NCBI GenBank assembly: GCA_003135575.1
Contig: PLCG01000110.1
Coordinates: forward strand, 1-49,949
Direction: 5' to 3'
Origin: Nitrososphaerota archaeon
Lineage (GTDB): Archaea > Thermoproteota > Nitrososphaeria > Nitrososphaerales > Gagatemarchaeaceae
Length of the DNA stretch: 49,949 bases
Part shown: positions 8,694-16,983 of the stretch, piece by piece
Position numbering within the stretch: position 1 is the stretch's first letter
Layout of the letters: every line of letters starts with the position of its first letter
Made by a program: the position numbers and the translations under genes
Notes under the pieces: generated by a model
The model's input: the letters and a program-made list of their open reading frames with translations, nothing else
Database searches by the model: none
What the model was told of the DNA's origin: nothing

Positions 8694-8874
8694 GCCGGGG
8701 TGGCGGAGTCTGGTTAACGCGCGGGCAATTCGCTCCGCTCTGGGTGGAGTGGGTGAATCCGCATCTCGAGATCATCCGACTTGACAGCCCGTGACCTCAC
8801 GGTCATGTGGGTTCAAATCGCGCGGAGGAGGAATACGCTGTGCTCCTCCACGGGTGGAAATCCCACCCCCGGCG
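8694..8874 (+). tRNA. tRNA-Ser(CGA) with three introns (exons 8694-8726, 8765-8770, 8786-8817, 8861-8874)
   Basis: Acceptor GCCGGGG/CCCCGGC with G73; long variable arm TGACC-TCAC-GGTCA; after splicing, anticodon arm CGGGC-CTCGAGA-GCCCG and T-arm GTGGG-TTCAAAT-CCCAC; BHB-type motifs at introns 1 and 3. Confidence 0.88.
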
Positions 8875-8875
8875 C

Positions 8876-9670
8876 TCAAACCTTGTTGTACTTCGGTCGC
8901 CAGCTTCGGGTCTTGTCTTCAAGCTCCGTGTACTCGAAATCCTGATAGATCAGCGGGAACTTCTCCTTCATGAGCCTGGCGACCTTGTCGAAGACGAATC
9001 TTATCTCGACCTCCGCAGACTCCGCGGTCCGCATGCTGATGACGTGGCGGATGGTCCGATGGTTCGCGCTCCAGACTATCGAGGTGGCCATGCCGTCAGG
9101 CATGATTCTCCTTAAGGCGGAGGTGATCCGCTTCTTCACGTCAAAGTTCAGCTTGTCCCAGCCGTAGGAATTTTCGAGCTCGTGATAGTTGTGCTCTATC
9201 TGCTCGATTATCGATTTCACTTCTTTCTTCTTGTCTTGGAACTCCGGTGGGAGCCAGAAGCGCACGTGCGTCGGCCGGACGTACCTGAGGGACTCTTGGC
9301 TTATCGCGACGCCGACCCTGTGTCGCACCAACTCATGGGTAAACACCCTGCTGACATTGAGGAAGGCGAAAGTGCAGGTCGCGTGCTCGAATATGGAGCC
9401 GTCGCCCTTTGACAGAGTGTTGTCGATGTAGTCACGTGAGCTCTCCCTTATCTTGGTGACGTTCGGGTTAAGGCCCACGCCGAAGCTCTTGTAGCAGATT
9501 CGTCCGGCGACCTCAGTGAGCAGCTCACCTTGTGATTTCGAGGCCTCCTCAGTCCTTGCGAGCCACTTTGTGGCTGTCTCTTGGCCGACCGAGGCCAGCA
9601 TAGTTTTTAGTTGATCGAAATTGATTTTGCTTTCGGCTATCAGATAGACCTGAGGTTCGACGAATTCCAA
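8876..9670 (-). CDS. thyX: FAD-dependent thymidylate synthase
   Basis: RHRVGVAISQESLRYV (RHRx7SxR motif), SIFEH and EVEIR motifs. Confidence 0.95.
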   Translation of the reverse strand: MEFVEPQVYLIAESKINFDQLKTMLASVGQETATKWLARTEEASKSQGELLTEVAGRICYKSFGVGLNPNVTKIRESSRDYIDNTLSKGDGSIFEHATCTFAFLNVSRVFTHELVRHRVGVAISQESLRYVRPTHVRFWLPPEFQDKKKEVKSIIEQIEHNYHELENSYGWDKLNFDVKKRITSALRRIMPDGMATSIVWSANHRTIRHVISMRTAESAEVEIRFVFDKVARLMKEKFPLIYQDFEYTELEDKTRSWRPKYNKV

Positions 9671-9869
9671 TTCTATGTTTGTCTCCCTTCCACGTGCTGC
9701 GATTTGACGTTGCTATTTAATTTGCGTGAAGATATTCGGAGAAGGCCTCGTGAAAACGATGTTTGCTAGAGGTTTTCGCAATCCACGGTCCGCCGGCGGA
9801 TGGTGTGGGAGCCAAGTCTCGTTACTCTAAATTAAATATGGGAGTAGTGTGTGTTTGAATTGGAGTAGA

Positions 9870-11210
9870 ATGCCTGTATTCGGCACTGCGGGCGTGAGAG
9901 GGGTGTTCAACTCCACGCAGACTCCCGAGCAGGTACATCAGTTCGTCGAGGCTGCAGCCTTCGTGTTCGGCAAGGGCAGTTACGGGGTAGGGTGGGACGG
10001 GAGGAAGAGCTCCACGGTCCTCTCGCGGGTCGTGGCGGCGTCGGTCGCGGGGTGTGGGAGCGATGCGATTCAGTTCGGTCTGGTTCCTACACCCGTAGTC
10101 GCGTTTGGGACACGTGCGCATAATTGCGAGCTTGGGTTTTCAGTGACGGCGTCACATAACCCTCCTGAGTTCTCAGGAGTGAAGGTCTTCAACAAGAGAG
10201 GGATGGAACTTTCACGGGAAGAAGAGGGACGGATTGAGCGGGGGATGATCGTGGAATCGGTCAAGAGTTCTGCGACGCCTGGGTCAATCAAATCGCGCGA
10301 TGTGCTCGCGCCTTACACAAAGGCCCTGGTTTCTCGTTTCTCCAAGGCAGAGGAGCCTCTGCGGATTGTCGTCGATTGTGCGACAGGCCCAGCGGCGTTG
10401 GTGACGCCGAACTTGTTAACCAGCTTGGGCCACAAGGTGATTCCGCTCAACACGCAAATCTCGTGGCGCTTCTCGGCGAGGCACCCAGAACCTATCGCGG
10501 AGACTCTCGGAGAGACGGCAGCGTTCGTCGGAGGGGTGCAGGCGGATTTGGGGTTCGCCCACGATGGTGATGGCGACAGGTTGGTCTTGATCAACTCTGT
10601 GGGTCGCGTGCTTCCAGACTACGTCACCTCTGTCCTCGCGCTCGAGGCCCTGGGTAAGAGCTCTGGCTCGGTGATCATCTCGGAGAATAGCTCGTTCGCG
10701 GTGGAGGAGGCAGCCGAAGCGATGGGACTGCGTGTCGTCCGCGGAAAAATTGGAAAGACGTTCGCGGAGATTGACAAGGAGGGCGCTGTGCTCGCGACGG
10801 AGCCGAGCAAAATCGTGGACCCGAGTTGGGGTATGTGGGAAGACGGCATCTACTGCGCCGCGTTGATTGCTGATGCGGTTGCTAAAAGGTCTGACTTGCG
10901 GAAGATTCTCAATGGGGAGTTCGAATGGCTCTACAAGCAACTCAATCTACCAGTGTCCCTGGATATCGCTAAGCTCGGGGACCAAATCGACGAGTACTTC
11001 TCGAAATATAGGATCGTGGAGAGACGGTCTGTCGACGGGTTGCGCCTGGTCTTCAAGGACAAGTCGTGGGTGATGTTCAGGCCGTCGGGCACGGAGCCGA
11101 AGACTCGGATATATTGCGAAGCCAAGGACGAACTCAGGCTCTCCGAATTGGTTGAGACCGCAAAAAGCCTGGTAGAGCGCTTGGCCAGGCCCACAATCAA
11201 CTCACGGTGA
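9870..11210 (+). CDS. Phosphoglucomutase/phosphomannomutase family protein
   Basis: FGTAGVRG, TASHNP (catalytic Ser), DGDGDR and RPSGTEP motifs. Confidence 0.95.
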   Translation: MPVFGTAGVRGVFNSTQTPEQVHQFVEAAAFVFGKGSYGVGWDGRKSSTVLSRVVAASVAGCGSDAIQFGLVPTPVVAFGTRAHNCELGFSVTASHNPPEFSGVKVFNKRGMELSREEEGRIERGMIVESVKSSATPGSIKSRDVLAPYTKALVSRFSKAEEPLRIVVDCATGPAALVTPNLLTSLGHKVIPLNTQISWRFSARHPEPIAETLGETAAFVGGVQADLGFAHDGDGDRLVLINSVGRVLPDYVTSVLALEALGKSSGSVIISENSSFAVEEAAEAMGLRVVRGKIGKTFAEIDKEGAVLATEPSKIVDPSWGMWEDGIYCAALIADAVAKRSDLRKILNGEFEWLYKQLNLPVSLDIAKLGDQIDEYFSKYRIVERRSVDGLRLVFKDKSWVMFRPSGTEPKTRIYCEAKDELRLSELVETAKSLVERLARPTINSR

Positions 11211-11217
11211 TTGTGTC

Positions 11218-12705
11218 ATGGCGACGGCAGAGATGGTCATGGCTGTTTCGAGGGCGCTTTCACAGGGTTATCAGATAGATTCGGATGCATTCTCTCTTCT
11301 CTCCGAGTTGTCTAGCAAGGGGGATGTCGAACCGATACTGAAATCGGTCATTCAGAAGAAGGAATCACTGAAGGCGGAGCGTATGATATTAAGATCAGAC
11401 TTCGACGAATTCGTTCCCAGGGACGAGTCGCAGAGCAGGGTCGTTGTCGATTCTGCAGACTTGGTCGCGGATCTCGTGGTGGTTAGCGACCCGACTGACA
11501 GCATCGCGCCCGCTGAAGCGGAAGCTGGCTTCAAGAGACTCTTCCAGGATAGGTATGCGCATCTACTGGAGATAGCACGGCGGCGACCGGACTCGAAGAA
11601 CGTCGTGTCAATCGAGTCAGGGAGGGAGATGAAGGAGAGGGAGTACAAGATTGCCGGGTTGCTGTCTTCGAGAAACAGCAGGAAGGGAGGTGGCGTCGAA
11701 CTGGTGCTGGACGACCCGACCGGGAGCGCCAAGTTGTATTGTGGAGAGAAGGTCGCTGATTCAGCGTTGTCGTTGCCGCTGGATAGCCTAGTCGTGGCGG
11801 AGGTAGCGCTGGGGAAGGGAGGACAACTCTATGCGAGAGAGTTGCTACTGCCTGACATCCCGACAAGGAAGCTCGTAGGCTCGTCGCGCAGGGTGTATGC
11901 GGTCATGTTATCGGATTTGCACATCGGTAGTAAGACGTTCCTCGCGGATGATTTTAGCCGCTTCTTGGCGTGGTTAAACGGAAAGCTTGGCGACCTAGAC
12001 ATCGTCGAGCGCATACGCTATGTCATTGTCGCAGGTGATGTGGTAGACGGTATCGGAGTATATCCCGGTCAAGAGTTCCAGCTCACCGAGAGGAACCTAA
12101 GGCGTCAGTATGTTATGGCGAGGGAGTTTCTCTCGCAAGTCCCCAAGCACATGAAGCTGCTTCTAATTCCAGGCAATCACGATCCCGTGAGACAGGCCCT
12201 TCCTCAGCCGGCCGTATCGATTGATGCTTCGGGACCTCTCTACAGCTTGGAGAATGCCGTCCATCTCGGAGGTCCTACAAACATCAAATTGGACGGCGTG
12301 AATTTCCTAATCTATCACGGCAGAAGTCTGGACGACATCATAGCGACCGTCCCAGACCTGACCTACGACAGGCCTGTGGAGGCGATGGAAGTGTTGCTCA
12401 AGGCCAGGCACCTGGCGCCGACCTATGGAAAGCGGACGGCGCTCTCTCCTGAGCTGAGAGACATGTTGGTGATTGACCCTGTTCCCGACGTTTTCCACGC
12501 GGGGCACGTGCACACGCTCGATGTAGGAAGTTATCGGGGTACGCTGGTCGTGAACTCGGGCACGTTCCAGGGACAGACGCCTTTCCAGGCGAACATGGGA
12601 ATCGATCCGATATCATCCATCGTGCCGATTCTGAACTTGTCGACTCTTGAGGTGATTAAGAGGAATTTCACGAAGATGAGTTTTGGCGAACTACAGCAGG
12701 CCTAG
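11218..12705 (+). CDS. polB: DNA polymerase D small subunit DP1 (3'-5' exonuclease)
   Basis: SDLHIGS, AGDVVDGIGVYPGQ, PGNHD, YHGRS, RHLAP and GHVH calcineurin-like motifs. Confidence 0.96.
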   Translation: MATAEMVMAVSRALSQGYQIDSDAFSLLSELSSKGDVEPILKSVIQKKESLKAERMILRSDFDEFVPRDESQSRVVVDSADLVADLVVVSDPTDSIAPAEAEAGFKRLFQDRYAHLLEIARRRPDSKNVVSIESGREMKEREYKIAGLLSSRNSRKGGGVELVLDDPTGSAKLYCGEKVADSALSLPLDSLVVAEVALGKGGQLYARELLLPDIPTRKLVGSSRRVYAVMLSDLHIGSKTFLADDFSRFLAWLNGKLGDLDIVERIRYVIVAGDVVDGIGVYPGQEFQLTERNLRRQYVMAREFLSQVPKHMKLLLIPGNHDPVRQALPQPAVSIDASGPLYSLENAVHLGGPTNIKLDGVNFLIYHGRSLDDIIATVPDLTYDRPVEAMEVLLKARHLAPTYGKRTALSPELRDMLVIDPVPDVFHAGHVHTLDVGSYRGTLVVNSGTFQGQTPFQANMGIDPISSIVPILNLSTLEVIKRNFTKMSFGELQQA

Positions 12706-13884
12706 CAGTTGGGAGTCTTCGGCCATGACCTTGCTTAATGTGCCGGTGTGAATCAGCAACCGGATTCTCTTCGTTCTACCTCTCCTTCCCTTGCTGACGA
12801 CTGCGGCCTCCAAGAGGCCGAGTAGGTCGAGCTCCGCGAGAATGCCGCTTACCCTTCGTTGGGTCAGGGCGTCGATGCCGAACCGTCGCGCAAGGCCTTC
12901 GTAAGCCAAGTAGAGGTCGCCGGTGTTGGTCCCGTTAGAAAACTTGGAAGCGGTTAGGAGGACGAGTTTGTTCTGAATGGGTAGAGAGCGCAGCGCGTCT
13001 TCGACCCGGTTGCTCTCGACCCTCTCAGAGGCCTTCCTTATGCAGTCCTCCGTGACTTCGTGTATGCCCTCTCTTTCTGCTATTTCTCCGGCAACACGGA
13101 GGAGATCCACAGCGCGCCTAGCATCACCGTGTTCAGAGCCAGCCATGGCCGCACAGAGATTGAGCACTGCACTCGGCACAACTCCCGGCTTGAACGCAAT
13201 CTTCTCGCGGGCAGTTAGGATCGCTCGAAGTTCCTCAGTGGTGTATGGTGGGAAGACCAGTTCTTCTTCTCCCAAGCTACTAAGGACCCGTGGGTCAAGT
13301 TCATCCTTGAATTTGAGGTCGTTTGATATTCCAACTATTGTGAAAAAACCAGGTTTGACTTCCTCACCTGCCCTTGTAAACTGGTAGAGGACGTCGTCTC
13401 CGTATGCGCTGACCAGGTAGTCTATCTCGTCCAGAACCAGTATCAGATGGGCCTTGGTGGTGCTGATTGATGTGAAGATTCGGTCTAGGACAGTGCCTAT
13501 CGATAGGCCCGTTCCCGGTATCTTCTTGTCTTCGGGGAGAGGTAAGGACTCGGCGATTTTGGCCAGCGTCCGATACTCCGTGCTCGAGATTCTGGTGTTG
13601 ACATAGCAAGTGACTATCTGTTTCGAGGCATCCTGGGCCTGAAGCCTCTCGACGACGAGTCTGGCTACTGCGGTCTTCCCGGTGCCGGTCTTGCCGTAAA
13701 GCAAGAGGTTGGATGGTTTGGATCCGTGTAGAGCAGGAGCGAGAATCTGCGCCACCTGCCGAATTTGATTCTCCCTGAAAGGGAGCTTCTCAGGAACATA
13801 GTCTGGAGACAGAGCATCCCGGTTCTGGAAAAGAGCTCTGCCTTGCTTGGCTCTCTGGAAAATTTCGTCCAATGAGTCAGGCAT
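12691..13884 (-). CDS. cdc6: Orc1/Cdc6 replication initiator
   Basis: YGKTGTGKT, LDEID, GDARRA.DLLR motifs; C-terminal wHTH with SKGRRGRT. Confidence 0.97.
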   Translation of the reverse strand: MPDSLDEIFQRAKQGRALFQNRDALSPDYVPEKLPFRENQIRQVAQILAPALHGSKPSNLLLYGKTGTGKTAVARLVVERLQAQDASKQIVTCYVNTRISSTEYRTLAKIAESLPLPEDKKIPGTGLSIGTVLDRIFTSISTTKAHLILVLDEIDYLVSAYGDDVLYQFTRAGEEVKPGFFTIVGISNDLKFKDELDPRVLSSLGEEELVFPPYTTEELRAILTAREKIAFKPGVVPSAVLNLCAAMAGSEHGDARRAVDLLRVAGEIAEREGIHEVTEDCIRKASERVESNRVEDALRSLPIQNKLVLLTASKFSNGTNTGDLYLAYEGLARRFGIDALTQRRVSGILAELDLLGLLEAAVVSKGRRGRTKRIRLLIHTGTLSKVMAEDSQLLGLL

Positions 13885-14260
13885 TGGTAATCAGTGGAAA
13901 CAGTGGTCTAAATAAGGCCCTGCCCCTCCATTTCCAGTGGAAGGCCGTAAGAAGATTTAGAGTAATACAAGGATAATACTATGTAAGAAGATGCTCGCTC
14001 TTGGATGAAATTCTCTCTTATTCTCTTTAATTGACTACTTTGGATGACAACACGTCTATCAATCACACGAACTTTGAACCTCGACGCTGACCTCAATCCT
14101 CCAGTGGAAACGCACGGGTCCCCTCTCCAATGTGAACACCATGTGAAGCCTGACTCGTTCTCCCCATTCCTGCTTTGGACAACCAGCACTACCCAGACTC
14201 AGCTTCGTTCACACAAACCTGGCTTGTTTAGACCCCTTTGTTTCCACTGGAACCACTATT
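13885..14260. other. Chromosomal replication origin oriC (four ORB elements plus AT-rich unwinding element)
   Basis: ORB-like elements: 13891-13908 TCAGTGGAAACAGTGGTC (+); 13923-13943 (- strand CTTCCACTGGAAATGGAGGGG); 14099-14120 CTCCAGTGGAAACGCACGGGTC (+); 14231-14253 (- strand GTTCCAGTGGAAACAAAGGGGTC). AT-rich tract at ~13950-14045 between inverted ORBs; directly upstream of cdc6. Confidence 0.92.
14231..14253 (-). repeat. Canonical origin recognition box (ORB) with G-string
   Basis: GTTCCAGTGGAAACAAAGGGGTC matches the archaeal ORB consensus. Confidence 0.92.
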
Positions 14261-14400
14261 CGGCTAAAGGCCAAGACTTACCTGTGAAGCGGTGTGAAAC
14301 ACCCAAACCATCTCAACATACGGTCAACCTTTGTTTGCAGTCGGTTCACAACTTCACACCATCCTTGGTTTTAACGTGCCGGCAGACCCTTCACGTCCTC

Positions 14401-14802
14401 TTGCGGAAGAAGGTAAAGGTCGAGATAACTGACGAGGAAGGAACTACATACAGTCTCGCTCTGCAAGGCAAGGTCTCCCATGACAAGGTGATGCGGATGA
14501 TGGAGCTCATCGATCTCTTGGGGCAGGGCGACCACAACCCTGCCGAGTCGAACGTTCCTGACGGATCGACCGCATATGGTAAAATTCTGAAGCTCATCCA
14601 GTCTTCATATTCAGCGAAAGAATTCTCCTCCGCTGACATCGCCCGCGATTATGAAGATTTGCACGATTCACCTATACCACTGAGTACTGTGGCGACCTAC
14701 CTATCGAGACTGGCCGACAGAGGACTCCTCAAACGCCAGAAGTTCGGCAACTCATGGGTGTACCGGCTCGTACACCTATCGAGCAGTCAGCTTGCTACGT
14801 AG
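14401..14802 (+). CDS. oriC-adjacent protein: small N-terminal domain plus C-terminal wHTH
   Basis: MRKKVKVEITDEEGTTYSLAL...FSSADIARDYE...LSTVATYLSRLADRGLLKRQKFGNSWVY. The longer ORF from 14044 runs through the ORBs, so the start is placed at TTG 14401. Confidence 0.82.
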   Translation: MRKKVKVEITDEEGTTYSLALQGKVSHDKVMRMMELIDLLGQGDHNPAESNVPDGSTAYGKILKLIQSSYSAKEFSSADIARDYEDLHDSPIPLSTVATYLSRLADRGLLKRQKFGNSWVYRLVHLSSSQLAT

Positions 14803-15341
14803 GACTTACCGCTTTCTGTGATCTCATAGACGTAGGGTTTGTTCCTGTCGTTCCTAATCACCAAACCACGGTCGAAAAGCGCCTTCATCAATCGGGCGGT
14901 GTGCTCCCTTGATCTCCCCACCTCTTCCTTGATTTGAGCGGACGTCCTAGGGCCTTCAGATAGCAGACGCAACACCCTTGTCTCAGTTTCTGTCCCCTCG
15001 GCAACAAGAACCGCGGGCTGCGCTACACGCACAGACTCAAAGGCCTTACTCGTGCTCACAGCTGCATTCGTCACAGCGGCTGGTGAGGATCGGAGCTGTG
15101 ATGTGGGTGACGTAAAACCAAATCGCGAGGAAAGAACCTCGGTCTTCGCCATCAAATCAATGATTCGAGCGTCCACAACAGAGAAACGCGAGCTCACAGA
15201 GTCCCATACATCCTTGGCAAGCCTGGTCGAAACATCTGCTTCCTTTACCAAGCTCCTATATCGCCAGAGCAGAGTACCTAGAATCACAACTGCCGCGGTG
15301 ATGACCGCTGCTGAAGCTGCAAGAACATAATCATCCAACAA
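14787..15341 (-). CDS. Membrane-anchored winged-helix protein
   Basis: N-terminal transmembrane segment (VLAASAAVITAAVVILGTLLW), helical stretch, Ser/Ala linker, C-terminal wHTH (SREHTARLMKALFDRGLVIR...PYVYEITESG). Confidence 0.85.
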   Translation of the reverse strand: MLDDYVLAASAAVITAAVVILGTLLWRYRSLVKEADVSTRLAKDVWDSVSSRFSVVDARIIDLMAKTEVLSSRFGFTSPTSQLRSSPAAVTNAAVSTSKAFESVRVAQPAVLVAEGTETETRVLRLLSEGPRTSAQIKEEVGRSREHTARLMKALFDRGLVIRNDRNKPYVYEITESGKSYVAS

Positions 15342-15399
15342 TACGCGTCACAATCTGTGTGATGCTACATGATATAAGCTTACATGACGTCATACCAAA

Positions 15400-15762
15400 T
15401 CATGACATCACGATACGTTCAGCGACAGCATTGACCAGTGCTAGAACCTCCGGCATCTTCTCGGGATCCAAGTCAACGGGAATCTTCGAGACCGAAGAGA
15501 TAAGCTTCTGCACATCCTCCGCCTTGATCAATCCGAGTTGCGTAGCAGTAACCACGGTGAAGAGCGACCGCTTTACGTTCCTCTTCGCCTGCGCCAGAAT
15601 CCTGTAATGAGTACCTCTACTAATCCCTGAAATCTTACGTGATTTGAGCGCATCTTCTATATTAATTTCATGTTTATTCACTGCCAGGTGCATTTTTAAG
15701 GTTTGGACCTGCACGCGCGTCAAAGAAGAAAGATCTGCGACTGCCTCCGGAGTCGAATTCAT
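15400..15762 (-). CDS. Hypothetical protein with HTH-like segment
   Basis: SSLTRVQVQTL...GISRGTHYRILAQAKRNVKRS helical/HTH pattern; co-oriented upstream of the membrane-anchored wHTH gene. Confidence 0.75.
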   Translation of the reverse strand: MNSTPEAVADLSSLTRVQVQTLKMHLAVNKHEINIEDALKSRKISGISRGTHYRILAQAKRNVKRSLFTVVTATQLGLIKAEDVQKLISSVSKIPVDLDPEKMPEVLALVNAVAERIVMS

Positions 15763-15773
15763 CAGGATTGCTG

Positions 15774-15791
15774 TAATACAATATTGTATTA
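15774..15791. promoter_or_regulatory. Perfect 18-bp palindrome in an AT-rich divergent promoter region
   Basis: TAATACAATATTGTATTA, ~12 bp upstream of the 15762 start codon. Confidence 0.55.
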
Positions 15792-15946
15792 AGCATTATT
15801 CGCCTCTTTCTAAACAAAAGCCATTAATCTACCTGAAAACATACATATTTTACCGGTTAATGTCTACTAATCAACAAACTTCACCTTATGAATCACTCTC
15901 GAATCAGAATAACATTTATGCAGGACATGCAGAGCTCATGGATGAG

Positions 15947-16201
15947 ATGGGTAGAAGAAGACGAAAAGTGCTGAGACAGACTCACAAGTCATTACCTAAG
16001 GTATTCAGCTGTCCACGTTGCGGCGTGGTAGCAGTTCGCATCACATCACAGCGTGATGAAGCATCACAAGATTATGTGATGGTTGTTGCGTGCGGGAATG
16101 CTAGCTGCCGGTTACGAAGAGAGTTCAGGTATCCGACCGAGCGCCCTGAGATAGACGTCTACAACAGCTTCGTAGATGAATTCGTGAGAACGGGGGGCTG
16201 A
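15947..16201 (+). CDS. elf1: Transcription elongation factor Elf1
   Basis: MGRRRRK...LPKVFSCPRCG...CGNASC...IDVYNSFVD signature; start at ATG 15947. Confidence 0.9.
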   Translation: MGRRRRKVLRQTHKSLPKVFSCPRCGVVAVRITSQRDEASQDYVMVVACGNASCRLRREFRYPTERPEIDVYNSFVDEFVRTGG

Positions 16202-16203
16202 AA

Positions 16204-16962
16204 ATGAGCCGTCTCGGCCGGATCGAGACACAGCTCACCTCTCGTAAGAGAGGGCATACAGGCCTTGCGGCCCTCATTGACCCCGATAATTTTGAAAAGA
16301 AGGGCGCGATATCTGTGGCAAGAACCACGGAGAAACTTGGTTTCGACTGTATCTTCATCGGAGGTTCGACGTTGGGTGATCAGACGCACTTGGATGATAT
16401 CGTCAGCGCCGTGAAACGTAACGTCACATGTCCAGTGATATTGTTCCCTGGTAACGTCACAGGCATATCACGTCACGCGGATGCAATCCTCTTCAGCTCC
16501 CTGCTGAACTCGACAAACACCTACTTCATCATCGGAGCTCAGGCGATTGGGGCAATCCAGGTCAGCCGATACAATCTAGAGGCGATACCAATGGGGTACC
16601 TCGTCTTCGGCGATGAGAGCACGACAAGCTTCATCGGTCAGGTTCGATCCATACCATACACCAAGCCCGCAGTCGCGGCAATGTACGCGTTAGCAGCCCA
16701 ATATCTAGGCATGAGAGCCCTGTACTTGGAGGCGGGAAGCGGGTCAAACCACCCGATGCCCCCCGAGGTAGTGAAAGCCGTCAGGAAGAGCTTCAAGGGC
16801 CTCTTGGTGGTAGGAGGAGGAATCACAACCCCTGAGATTGCCGCCTCGCTAGCAGACGCCGGCGCCGACTTGCTGGTCATCGGCAACCTCCTCGAGACAA
16901 AGGATTTCAAGAAAAAATTGGTCCCAATAACGAAAGTCCTGAGAGACAAGCTTAAGCACTAA
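16204..16962 (+). CDS. Geranylgeranylglyceryl phosphate synthase
   Basis: LIDPD, IGGST, PVILFPG, YLEAGSG and VGGGI motifs. Confidence 0.93.
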   Translation: MSRLGRIETQLTSRKRGHTGLAALIDPDNFEKKGAISVARTTEKLGFDCIFIGGSTLGDQTHLDDIVSAVKRNVTCPVILFPGNVTGISRHADAILFSSLLNSTNTYFIIGAQAIGAIQVSRYNLEAIPMGYLVFGDESTTSFIGQVRSIPYTKPAVAAMYALAAQYLGMRALYLEAGSGSNHPMPPEVVKAVRKSFKGLLVVGGGITTPEIAASLADAGADLLVIGNLLETKDFKKKLVPITKVLRDKLKH

Positions 16963-16983
16963 TTCAGCACAGAGTGCAGACCA

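Noticed and set aside
8727..8786. Alternative single-intron reading giving anticodon TGA (loop CTTGACA)
   Set aside because: It puts C at position 37, normally a purine, and no BHB supports that 3' splice site. The two-intron CGA reading fits the splice geometry.
1410..8874. Integrated element between tRNA-Leu and a similar AATCCCAC sequence near 8860
   Set aside because: The second copy is simply the tRNA-Ser T-arm. There is no integrase, and the intervening genes include conserved housekeeping ones.
9720..9815. Hairpins in the thyX-pgm intergenic region
   Set aside because: The short stems match no RNA family I recognise; evidence is insufficient for an ncRNA call.
14044..14400. N-terminal extension of the 252-aa ORF
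   Set aside because: It runs through ORB elements and is not protein-like; the real start is likely TTG 14401.
15644..15946. N-terminal extension of the 185-aa ORF containing Elf1
   Set aside because: It overlaps an antisense gene and an AT-rich promoter region; Elf1 homology begins at MGRRRRK (15947).
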